Below, piece by piece: positions 36,815-44,926 of a stretch of 64,000 nt of DNA. The notes beneath the pieces are model-generated. The model ran no database searches and was not told where the DNA came from. It saw only the letters and a list, made by a program, of their open reading frames with translations. The position numbers and the translations under genes were made by a program. The DNA comes from Candidatus Eiseniibacteriota bacterium. GTDB taxonomy: Bacteria > Eisenbacteria > RBG-16-71-46 > CAZAMP01. The stretch is taken from the NCBI GenBank assembly GCA_965224245.1, contig OZ245046.1, forward strand, positions 2,624,001 to 2,688,000, read 5' to 3'. Numbering within the stretch: the stretch's first letter is position 1; every line of letters begins with the position of its first letter.

Positions 36815-37864
36815 CTACTCGTCCGTGGCGCTCGATCCGGTCAGCCTGCGAAACTCGGGATCGTCGAGGAGCGGCGAGAAGTCCGGGTCCAGGACCGCCC
36901 GGGCGCCGAGGGCACCGTCTCGCTCGATCGCCTGACCCAGCAGGTCGAGCGCGGCGTCGCGTTCGCCGGCGCGTGCACGGAAGCATGCGGCATGATAGTA
37001 GGACTCGCCCTCGTCCGGCCGGAGCGCGACGACGCGCTCGCCCAGTCCGAACGCGCGCGCGTGGTCCTGTCGCTCGCTCACCGTGTATCCCTCGAGGATG
37101 AGGGCGTTCCAGCGCCAGAGATCGAAGATGCGTCGGAGCTCCCCGATGGGATCGATGTGGTCGTCGACCCGGAGATCACAGTAGCGATCGTTGTAGCCGC
37201 CGTATCCGGCGCCGTCCTTGACGACGAGGATCGCGGCCGACTGCACGCCGCGCGAATCGCCCCCCGCCCGCTGTCCGGCCTCGAGTGCCGTCATGAGCCG
37301 GTGCCCGAGGATGCCGTCGGTGGATTCGAACGCCTCGGCCATCGCGGCGACGACGTCCGCACCGGTCAGGATGTTGCCCTGCGCGGTGTAGTCGGGGCCG
37401 GTGACGTGTCCGGCCCATGCCATGCACGACTCGCCGGTGTGGGCGGCCGAGGCGCCGTCCAGTGACACCACGCCCACCTGACGCTGTGCGCGATCCTCGT
37501 CGGCTCGGGTCAGCGCCGCGATCACCTCCTCCGGCGATCGTCCGGCGGCCAGCATGTCGAGCGCGCGGGGTCCGTACGCGGTGTTCGCGAACGCCTGGGT
37601 CGCCACCGCGCCGGCGTCGGCGCTCGCCCACGGGACGACCGCGCCCACCGCGAAGAACTTCGACTGCACCGCGATCCCGACCTCGCCGGCCTCGGGATCG
37701 GCCCCCACGATGGAGAACGTGGCAACCGGCATCTCCGCTCGGGCCAGCGGCGTCGCGAGCAGCGCGACGGCGGTCGTGGACACCAGGGTCGCGGCGAGAC
37801 GAATCCGCCCCCCGCACCGGTCGAACCAGCGGGTCGGGCTCTGGCGGCGGAGTGACGTCGACAT
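36815..37864 (-). CDS. secreted DUF1028 protein with C-terminal TPR (second paralog)
   Basis: TFSIVGAD, AVQSKFFAVG, QGNILTG, GGDSRGVQSAA, DLRVDDH; YYHAAC..AR...DPDF tail; GGAGG RBS. Confidence 0.88.
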   Translation of the reverse strand: MSTSLRRQSPTRWFDRCGGRIRLAATLVSTTAVALLATPLARAEMPVATFSIVGADPEAGEVGIAVQSKFFAVGAVVPWASADAGAVATQAFANTAYGPRALDMLAAGRSPEEVIAALTRADEDRAQRQVGVVSLDGASAAHTGESCMAWAGHVTGPDYTAQGNILTGADVVAAMAEAFESTDGILGHRLMTALEAGQRAGGDSRGVQSAAILVVKDGAGYGGYNDRYCDLRVDDHIDPIGELRRIFDLWRWNALILEGYTVSERQDHARAFGLGERVVALRPDEGESYYHAACFRARAGERDAALDLLGQAIERDGALGARAVLDPDFSPLLDDPEFRRLTGSSATDE

Positions 37865-37941
37865 GCGGGCCTCCCTCGCGCGTGACGACCGCCGCGGCCG
37901 AGGCCGCGCGGCGTCCGGGGACGACGGTGACGTGAGTCCGG

Positions 37942-38619
37942 TCAGCCGCGCCGGCGTCGCAGCGTACGGGCCATGCCGGCCAGGCCGAGGCCCACCAGCG
38001 CGATCGTCGCCGGCTCGGGGACCGGGGTGTTGGGCTCCCCGTCGCGCGGACGTCCCTCGACGTGGAGCTTGAAGTCGCGGATGAACCCGTCGTCCCGGTA
38101 GAAGTTGTCGTAGACCCAGAGCCGCCAGGCACCCCGGGTGGAGAGCCCGTCGAACTGACCCAGCCGACCGTCGGTGCGCGCGTGCCGGCCGGCCACGTCG
38201 ACCTGCCACGAGCCGTCGAACGGGGCCTCGCTCGCCTCGGCGTCGGCGATCGACCGCGACGCCTCGTCATCGAAGCGCGTGTCGTGGAAACCGTGCGACC
38301 CGAATCCGTAGACGCCGTGTGAACGCCGGCCGACCTGATCGACGAGCAGCGATAGCGGACCGGTCGCATCGGGATCGGCCCCGCTGCGGGGGCCCTCGAG
38401 CCAGATCGTCAGCTCGCCCGCCCACGCGTGGTCGATCGTGAGCTGGACGTCGAGATCCGTGATCTCGACGTCGTCGGTGATCTCGATCTCGGCGATGGTC
38501 CACTCCTGGGCGGAGATTCCGAGATCGGCCCCGGAGTAGTCGTAGGTCAGCGGAATCGCCACGGCGCCACCCGCCCAGACCGAGATGGCAGCCGCGACCG
38601 TCGCAGCGTTTCGACGCAC
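37942..38619 (-). CDS. PEP-CTERM sorting-signal protein with proprotein-convertase P-domain
   Basis: Signal peptide; ITDLDVQLTIDHAWAGELTIWL..P, GAWRLWVYD; C-terminal VPEPATIALVGLGLAGMARTLRRRR. Confidence 0.9.
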   Translation of the reverse strand: MRRNAATVAAAISVWAGGAVAIPLTYDYSGADLGISAQEWTIAEIEITDDVEITDLDVQLTIDHAWAGELTIWLEGPRSGADPDATGPLSLLVDQVGRRSHGVYGFGSHGFHDTRFDDEASRSIADAEASEAPFDGSWQVDVAGRHARTDGRLGQFDGLSTRGAWRLWVYDNFYRDDGFIRDFKLHVEGRPRDGEPNTPVPEPATIALVGLGLAGMARTLRRRRG

Positions 38620-38674
38620 GGTGGAGCCTCCTGTTGTGTATCGAGCTGTCGCGCCCGGGCACGGAGTGTTGAAC

Positions 38675-38743
38675 GTGACACCCGCCTCCGGCGAACGTAG
38701 ACTCGCGCGACGGAGTCTAGATTCGTCGATCCGGTACCTTCAA
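38675..38743. promoter_or_regulatory. face-to-face divergent sigma70-like promoters
   Basis: Plus strand GTGACA(38675)-N17-TAGACT(38698). Minus strand TTGAAG(38738-38743)-N18-TAGACT(38714-38719). Confidence 0.5.
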
Positions 38744-38817
38744 GCGCCAATCGGGGTTGCTCGCGTCATCAAATCTGGACATCGCACTCGCGCGTGGCGT
38801 CATCGAAAGGTCGCTCC

Positions 38818-39444
38818 GTGGTCATCCTCGACGTCTCGCGTCCCCTCGCCCCGTCGACCGCGCCGTGGCCGGGCGACGCGGCGTGCTCGATCGAGCCGGT
38901 GCACACGATCGCGTCCGGCGCCTCGTCGAACCTCTCGGTGCTGCGGACGAGCCCGCACGTCGGGACGCATGCCGATGCGCACCGACACGTCTCCGACGCC
39001 GGCGCGGGTGCCGGCGAGATGCCGCTCGACGCGTTCGTGGGCCCCTGCCAGGTCGTCCGTGCGGAGACCGGCGGTGTCGACGTCGTCACCGCCGAGAGCC
39101 TCTCGCACGTCGACCTGGGGCTCTCACCGCGCGTGCTGCTGCGGACCGACACCCACCCCGACTCCACGCGATGGCCCTCCGGCTTCGCCGGGCTGTCGAC
39201 CGAGGCGGCCGATCTGATGATCGCCGCGGGCATCCGGCTGGTCGGCATCGACACCCCCGGCGTCGACCCGGAGTCGGCCCCGGATCTCCCGGTGCATCAC
39301 CGCCTCCTGGCCGCCGGCGTCGCGTGGCTCGAGAACCTGGATCTCTCCGCGGTGAGCCCGGGACGGTACGAGCTGATCGCGCTCCCGCTGAAGATCCCCG
39401 GCGCCGATGCCAGTCCCGTGCGGGCCGTGCTCGTGTCGCGATGA
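38818..39444 (+). CDS. kynB: cyclase family / kynurenine formamidase
   Basis: PWPGD, HVGTHADA, LVGIDTPGVD, LENLDL, YELIALPLKI..ADASPVRAVL. Confidence 0.8.
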   Translation: MVILDVSRPLAPSTAPWPGDAACSIEPVHTIASGASSNLSVLRTSPHVGTHADAHRHVSDAGAGAGEMPLDAFVGPCQVVRAETGGVDVVTAESLSHVDLGLSPRVLLRTDTHPDSTRWPSGFAGLSTEAADLMIAAGIRLVGIDTPGVDPESAPDLPVHHRLLAAGVAWLENLDLSAVSPGRYELIALPLKIPGADASPVRAVLVSR

Positions 39445-39456
39445 CCGGGCGCCCGG

Positions 39457-40572
39457 TCACTCGCCGAACAGCGTGAGCTGGTCCCCCGCCGCCGGTCGCG
39501 GCGAGCGGCGACGGGCGGCCCGAGCCGGCTTCCGGAACCGGGACGTGTCGAGCGCCGGGCCCGACTCGCGGTAGCCCAGCCGGGCGCACGCGGTCGCGAA
39601 GCGCCACGCGAGGAGCTCCGCGTGGGGGCCCCGGCCGCGGCCGCGGGCACCGTAACGCGAGTCGTAGAGCCGGCCCCCGTGCATGTCGGTGAGGATCGAC
39701 AGCACGCGCCTGGCCGTCCCGGGCGCATGGGCCTCGAGCCACTCGGTGACCAGCGCCCCGACCTCGCGGGGCAGGCGGAGCAGAACGTACGTGGCGACCT
39801 CCGCGCCGGCGCCCCGCGCCGCGGTGAGTATCGCCTCGAGCTCGGGATCGGTGAGCGCGGGTATGACCGGCGCCACCATGACGCCGCACGGGACCCCGCG
39901 CCGCGACAGCGCCTCGAGGGCCATGAGACGCTTCTCGGGCGTGGGGCAGCGCGGCTCGAGCCGCCGGGCGAGCTCGCGATCGAGCGTCGTGATCGACAGC
40001 CACACCGAGACGAGGCGCTCCTCGGCCAGCCGGCCCAGAAGGTCGAGGTCGCGCAGCACCAGGTTCGACTTCGTCACGATGGAGACGGGATGTCGCGTCT
40101 CCAGCAGCACGTCGAGCACGCTCCGCGTGACGCCCAGCCGGCGCTCGATGGGCTGATACGGATCGGTGTTGGTTCCGATGGCGATCGGGTGGCAGCGGTA
40201 GCTCGGTGCGGCCAGCTCGTCGCGGAGACACCGGGCCGCGTCGGGCTTGGCGAACAGGCGCGACTCGAAGTCCAGGCCCGGCGAGAGACCGAGGTAGGCG
40301 TGTGTCGGGCGCGCGAAGCAGTAGACGCACCCGTGCTCGCAGCCGCGGTACGGGTTGATCGAGCGGTCGAAGGGCACGTCCGGGGACGTGTTCCGGGTCA
40401 GCACGGTCCTGGCCGCATCGGGCGAGACGGTGGTCCGGAGGGCGGGGGCGGGCAGGTCGGCACTGCCCCAGCCGTCGTCGAAGGCCTCGGTTTCGTAGCG
40501 CTCGTACCGACCCGTGTGGTTGGATAGGGCTCCGCGGCCGCGCCGCGGGCGAGGTGGCGTGTGACTGCACAT
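39457..40572 (-). CDS. PA0069 family radical SAM protein (SplB-like, putative DNA repair)
   Basis: GRGALSN, NTSPDVPFDRSINPYRGCEHGCVYCFARPTH, GTNTDPYQP, LRLPREV, QLTLF C-terminus. Confidence 0.92.
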   Translation of the reverse strand: MCSHTPPRPRRGRGALSNHTGRYERYETEAFDDGWGSADLPAPALRTTVSPDAARTVLTRNTSPDVPFDRSINPYRGCEHGCVYCFARPTHAYLGLSPGLDFESRLFAKPDAARCLRDELAAPSYRCHPIAIGTNTDPYQPIERRLGVTRSVLDVLLETRHPVSIVTKSNLVLRDLDLLGRLAEERLVSVWLSITTLDRELARRLEPRCPTPEKRLMALEALSRRGVPCGVMVAPVIPALTDPELEAILTAARGAGAEVATYVLLRLPREVGALVTEWLEAHAPGTARRVLSILTDMHGGRLYDSRYGARGRGRGPHAELLAWRFATACARLGYRESGPALDTSRFRKPARAARRRSPRPAAGDQLTLFGE

Positions 40573-40607
40573 ATGTGCAGTCTACCCGATCGCCGGTGGC
40601 CCTCCAA
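40563..40607 (-). promoter_or_regulatory. leaderless promoter TTGGAG-N17-TAGACT with perfect 20-bp palindromic operator
   Basis: GACTGCACATATGTGCAGTC at 40563-40582; -10 at 40579-40584; -35 at 40602-40607; ATG 6 nt after the -10. Confidence 0.7.
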
Positions 40608-40747
40608 GCGGACGTCACGCGGAGTCGACTCGCGGGACCCCGATGCGGAGGACGCCGACCGCGGCGCACGGCGCCGAGACGGGTCGACCGGGATCCCTCC
40701 GGGCGGAGGCCCCCCGGCGGCCCGCGGCGCCATCGGAGGAGCGTATC

Positions 40748-41185
40748 GTGTCGAGATCCAACGGACTGATCCGCCTGGGCGCGACCCTCGGTGCGGTCGC
40801 GGTCGCGGCGGGGGCGTTCGGCGCGCACGCGCTCGGCGGGCGTCTCGACCCCGACGCCCTCGAGACCTACGACGTGGCCGCCCGTTACCACCTGCTCCAC
40901 GCGCTGGCCATCACGCTGGTCGGCGTGGCCGAGGCGCGGGGCATCCGGAACGTCCGAGGGGCCGGCTGGGCGTTCGCCACGGGCATCGCGCTGTTCTCGG
41001 GCAGCCTCTACGCGCTGGCGCTGAGCGGCGTCGAGTGGCTGGGTGCGATCACACCGCTCGGCGGCGTGGGGTTCATCGTGGGATGGCTCTGGCTGGCGTG
41101 GCGCCACGTCGTTCCGTCGACCTCGGCCCCGGGCTCGGAGCACCACTCGGGCGACGCGAGCATTCGCAAGCGGGTCGTTCGCTGA
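40748..41185 (+). CDS. DUF423 (YgdD-like) membrane protein
   Basis: GGAGGA RBS; GAFGAHAL, YHLLHALA, LFSGSLY, GAITPLGG. Confidence 0.9.
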   Translation: MSRSNGLIRLGATLGAVAVAAGAFGAHALGGRLDPDALETYDVAARYHLLHALAITLVGVAEARGIRNVRGAGWAFATGIALFSGSLYALALSGVEWLGAITPLGGVGFIVGWLWLAWRHVVPSTSAPGSEHHSGDASIRKRVVR

Positions 41186-41275
41186 GCGGTCGCGGTCGCG
41201 CTCCGGCCTTCCCGTGACGCCGCCATCCGGGACACGGGCACGTCGGAGCCGCGGGGACGAACGGAACGAGAGCGG

Positions 41276-42391
41276 TCAGAGCCGCGGCCCCATCTGGCGC
41301 CGGCGGTTGCGGATGAAGTCGTGAAACACGAACCCGCCCAGGCGATCGGGCGCGGAGAAGTACGCGCGTCCCCGGTTCAGCTCGGTCAGACGATACACGA
41401 ACTGCTGTAGATACGGATCGTGCGTGACCATGAACGTCGTGATCGTGATGCCCTTTCGCCGGCACACGACCGCCTCGTCCAGCGTCCGATTGATGATGCG
41501 CTCGTCGTGCCCGAACGTGTTCCGGTAGACGCCTTCGCCCGGCACGTCGATCACCGTCGGCTTGCCGTCGGTCACCATGAAGATCTGCTTGTTGCGGTTC
41601 TTGCGTCGCATCAACAGCCGCCGTGCGTAGGCGAGCCCGGCCTTGGTGTTCGTGTGGAACGGCCCCACCGACACGAACGGCAGGTCGGCGATGTCCACCG
41701 GGATGGCCTCGTCGCCGAAGAGCACGACGTCCAGCGTGTCGCGCTGGTACCGGGTCAGGATCAGCTCGGTGAGTGCCAGCGCCACCTGCTTGGCCGGCGT
41801 GAAGCGATCCTCCCCGTAGAGCACCATGCTGTGCGAGATGTCCACCAGGAGCACGGTCGCGCACGACGTCGCGTGCTCGGCATCGTGGATGACGAGATCG
41901 TTCTCGCAGAGAGGCGTGTCGGTGGAGCCGGTCCGTCGCACGGTGTTCCACAGGCTTCCGGAGAAGTCGATCGCGTGCACGTCGTCCCCGAACGCGAACG
42001 GACGTCGCTCCGGTAGCGCGTCGTTCACGTTCGTGCCCCCCTCGAACGGTGTGCCGTGACCACCGTCGTCGCTCGACGCCTCGAGGTTGCGGAACATGAG
42101 CTCCAGGGACGACCTGCGCAGGCCCTGCACCCCGCGGTCGGTCAGCTGCAACAGGCCCTCGGCGTCCCGCTCGACGACCTCCTCGCGCTCGAGCTCGCGC
42201 AGGAACTGGTCGAGGTCGAGATCGGCGTCCAGGATGCCCCGCCGCTGGAGCTCGCGCATCAGGTCCAGAGCCGCCTCGGGATCGCCGTTGGCGATCAGCA
42301 GGAGCTGATTGAAGACGTCGCGGAGCGCGCTCAGGTTCGCGAGCTGCGTCAGGAGCGATGGATCCCACTCGCTGTACCGGAATCCGATCAT
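41276..42391 (-). CDS. VWA domain-containing protein
   Basis: MIDAS DISHS, TNTKAGL, TDGKP, ITTFM. ATGA overlap with the CYTH gene. Confidence 0.9.
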   Translation of the reverse strand: MIGFRYSEWDPSLLTQLANLSALRDVFNQLLLIANGDPEAALDLMRELQRRGILDADLDLDQFLRELEREEVVERDAEGLLQLTDRGVQGLRRSSLELMFRNLEASSDDGGHGTPFEGGTNVNDALPERRPFAFGDDVHAIDFSGSLWNTVRRTGSTDTPLCENDLVIHDAEHATSCATVLLVDISHSMVLYGEDRFTPAKQVALALTELILTRYQRDTLDVVLFGDEAIPVDIADLPFVSVGPFHTNTKAGLAYARRLLMRRKNRNKQIFMVTDGKPTVIDVPGEGVYRNTFGHDERIINRTLDEAVVCRRKGITITTFMVTHDPYLQQFVYRLTELNRGRAYFSAPDRLGGFVFHDFIRNRRRQMGPRL

Positions 42392-43227
42392 CGCGTCGCC
42401 CCCGCTCGGGCGGCTCGCTCGCAGAGCGCCTCGATGCGCGCGTAGTCGGCCGCGCCGAGCTCGCCGGTCGTGAGCGCATCCAGCTCGCCGGCGACCGCGA
42501 GCCGGACCAGTGCCTCCCCCACCTCCAGCTTGCTGTGGCGCCACGGTCCCAGGAGCGACCGATGGCGCGCCATGAGCTCATCGACGATGCGGTCCAGCGC
42601 GGCGTCGGCCGAGACCGCCTCCACCTCGATCTCGTGGTGCACGAGCGTGCCTTCCTCGAGCTCGTACGTGACGGCGTCCACGACGAGCTCCGCGCACGCA
42701 TGGCCGTCCGGCGAGACGACCGCACGCGGTCTCCGCCACGTCTCACGCGCCTGCACCCGTTCGAGACCGCTCGCCGAGAGCGCGTCCTCCGGCATGTCCG
42801 CCGGCCAGTGGGGCGCGGACAGCTGCACGCCGGACGCGCCGAGCGCCGAGTCGATCTCGACCCAGCCCTCGGGGCTGAAGGGACGCTCGACCTCGAGCCG
42901 GCGAACCGCGGTGCGCGCGCTCGGCGAGGCAACCTGTCCCGAGCGCGACGGACCGGGCGGCAGGGGCTCGAGTGCTCCCTTCAGCGTGATCCGGTCGGTG
43001 AGCCGACCCTCTCGGGTCTCGCGTCGCCACCGGAGGGCGAGGCCCACGCCGCTCAACGTGCGTCCCGCGTCGTCGACGTACACGTCTCGGATGCGTCGGT
43101 CGGGCTCGAGCACGAGACGGTGTCCGGCCACGGCACGCGCGGCGGCGACGGCGTCGGCCGTCTCGCGCGCCGACGGTGCGGGGATCACGAGCGTCGTCTC
43201 GGTCTCGATGGCCCTGTCGCGTGTCAT
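42388..43227 (-). CDS. CYTH domain-containing protein
   Basis: IETE, RDVYVD, LRWR, ITLKG, RRLEVE, HEIEVE, SKLE. Confidence 0.75.
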   Translation of the reverse strand: MTRDRAIETETTLVIPAPSARETADAVAAARAVAGHRLVLEPDRRIRDVYVDDAGRTLSGVGLALRWRRETREGRLTDRITLKGALEPLPPGPSRSGQVASPSARTAVRRLEVERPFSPEGWVEIDSALGASGVQLSAPHWPADMPEDALSASGLERVQARETWRRPRAVVSPDGHACAELVVDAVTYELEEGTLVHHEIEVEAVSADAALDRIVDELMARHRSLLGPWRHSKLEVGEALVRLAVAGELDALTTGELGAADYARIEALCERAARAGATR

Positions 43228-43234
43228 GTCGGCC

Positions 43235-44701
43235 TCACATGTCCTGCATCATGCGGCTGATCATGTCTCCGTAGGCGACCGCACCGGTCGTCCCCTGCTT
43301 GGAGAGCATCGAGTGCTGGTGCATGCCCTCGATCACGAGCTCCATCGCGGGCACGAGATCGCGATCGTCGTCGATCGGCAGATACTTGCGTGCGAGCGTC
43401 TCCAGTCCGTCCACGTCGGACAGGTGGCGGGCCGTCTCGCGGGTCGGGCGCGAGTCGTCGATCTCGAGATCGTTGCCCCGGGCAAACCACCCCAGGACCT
43501 CGCTGTAGAGCGGCTCGGGCTCGGCGGCGTCTCCGCCCCGCCGATCGGGGTGCGTGGCCGGGCAGTACCGCCGGAAAACCGCTCGCACCGCCTTGCCGAC
43601 GAGCTTCTGCGCGACGATGCTCGCCCCCTCCTGCTCGCCCTCGTACACGAGCTCGACCTTGCCCGTGATGGCCGGTACACACGCGAAGAGATCGCAGATC
43701 CGCGCCACCGGATCGGGCTCGCCGGTCGCGAACGACCGCCGGGCCACGTTGCTGACCAGGGTCTCCATCGCGCTGATGGCCAGGCGCGCACTGACGCCGG
43801 AGGTCTGGTCCACGTGCTCGCTCTCGCGGGCCGCGATCGCGACCTCCTCGATCGCCTCGCGGAGGAACGACGCGACGTGTACCTCGACCTCGCGGGAGAC
43901 GTCCGCCTCCTGCGCGGTGATGGCCATCGCGTCCTGGATCGAGCGCGGGTAGTGCGTGATGATCTGACTGCCGATGCGATCCTTCAGGGGCGTGATGATG
44001 CTGCCGCGGTTGGTGTAGTCCTCGGGGTTCGCGGTGAACAGCATCAACACGTCGAGCGGGAGCCGGATCGGGAACCCGCGAATCTGAATGTCCCGCTCCT
44101 CGAGGATGTTCAACAGCCCCACCTGGATGCGGGCCTGCAGGTCGGGCAGCTCGTTCAGGCACAGGATGCCGCGGTGCGTCCGCGGGACGAGCCCGAAGTG
44201 GATCACGCGCTCGTCGGAGAGATCCAGCCGCTCACGCGACGCGCGGATGGGATCGATGTCGCCGATCAGGTCGGCCATCGTCACGTCGGGGGTCGCGAGC
44301 TTCTCGTTGAAGCGCTGCGATCGGTGCAGCCACGCGATGGGCGTGTCCGCGCCCTCGCGCGCGACCTGATCCTGCACCGGTCTCGTCAACGGGCGAAGCG
44401 GATCCTCGTTCAGCGTGGAGCCCTTCACCACGGGAACCCACTCGTCGAGATAGCCGGTGAGCCCGCGCAGGAGCCGCGTCTTCGCCTGCCCCCTGAGCCC
44501 CAGCAGCAGCACGTCGTGGCGGCTCAGGATCGCGTTCGCCACCATCGGGATCACGGTCTCGTCGTAGCCGACGATCCCGTCGAACAGACGGTCGCCGCGC
44601 CGGAGCGCCTCGCTGACGTTGTGTCGGATCTCGTCTCGAACGCTGCGCGGTTCGTATCCCGTCTCCTGGAGCGCACCCAACGTGGTGGCGGTCGGGATCA
44701 T
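43235..44701 (-). CDS. magnesium-chelatase-like AAA+ ATPase
   Basis: GLRGQAKT (Walker A variant), EKLATPDVT.ADLIGDIDP, LNELPDL, ANPEDYTNRG.IITPLKDR; AAAGGA RBS. Confidence 0.9.
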   Translation of the reverse strand: MIPTATTLGALQETGYEPRSVRDEIRHNVSEALRRGDRLFDGIVGYDETVIPMVANAILSRHDVLLLGLRGQAKTRLLRGLTGYLDEWVPVVKGSTLNEDPLRPLTRPVQDQVAREGADTPIAWLHRSQRFNEKLATPDVTMADLIGDIDPIRASRERLDLSDERVIHFGLVPRTHRGILCLNELPDLQARIQVGLLNILEERDIQIRGFPIRLPLDVLMLFTANPEDYTNRGSIITPLKDRIGSQIITHYPRSIQDAMAITAQEADVSREVEVHVASFLREAIEEVAIAARESEHVDQTSGVSARLAISAMETLVSNVARRSFATGEPDPVARICDLFACVPAITGKVELVYEGEQEGASIVAQKLVGKAVRAVFRRYCPATHPDRRGGDAAEPEPLYSEVLGWFARGNDLEIDDSRPTRETARHLSDVDGLETLARKYLPIDDDRDLVPAMELVIEGMHQHSMLSKQGTTGAVAYGDMISRMMQDM

Positions 44702-44926
44702 GCCGTTCCTTTCGCCAGTCGGTACCGGAATGGAATCACGGAGTCGGAGCCGGCGCGACCGGGCGCCGACGGGACCTCGGGGGCGACCCTCATCGTCGCC
44801 GCGCGTTCCCCGGTGCAATACGCTCGCGACGGGCGGTTTGCTCCGTCGCGCCGCAAGAAGCCGGACGGCGCCCCGACCGGTGCGAGATCGGGAGCGCCGC
44901 CGATCGGCGGTCTGGGCGGTTGCGGG

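Noticed and set aside
43235-44701. Chlorophyll or cobalamin chelatase (bchI/chlI) assignment
   Set aside because: Motifs match the generic chelatase-like AAA+/VWA pair, and no tetrapyrrole genes are nearby.
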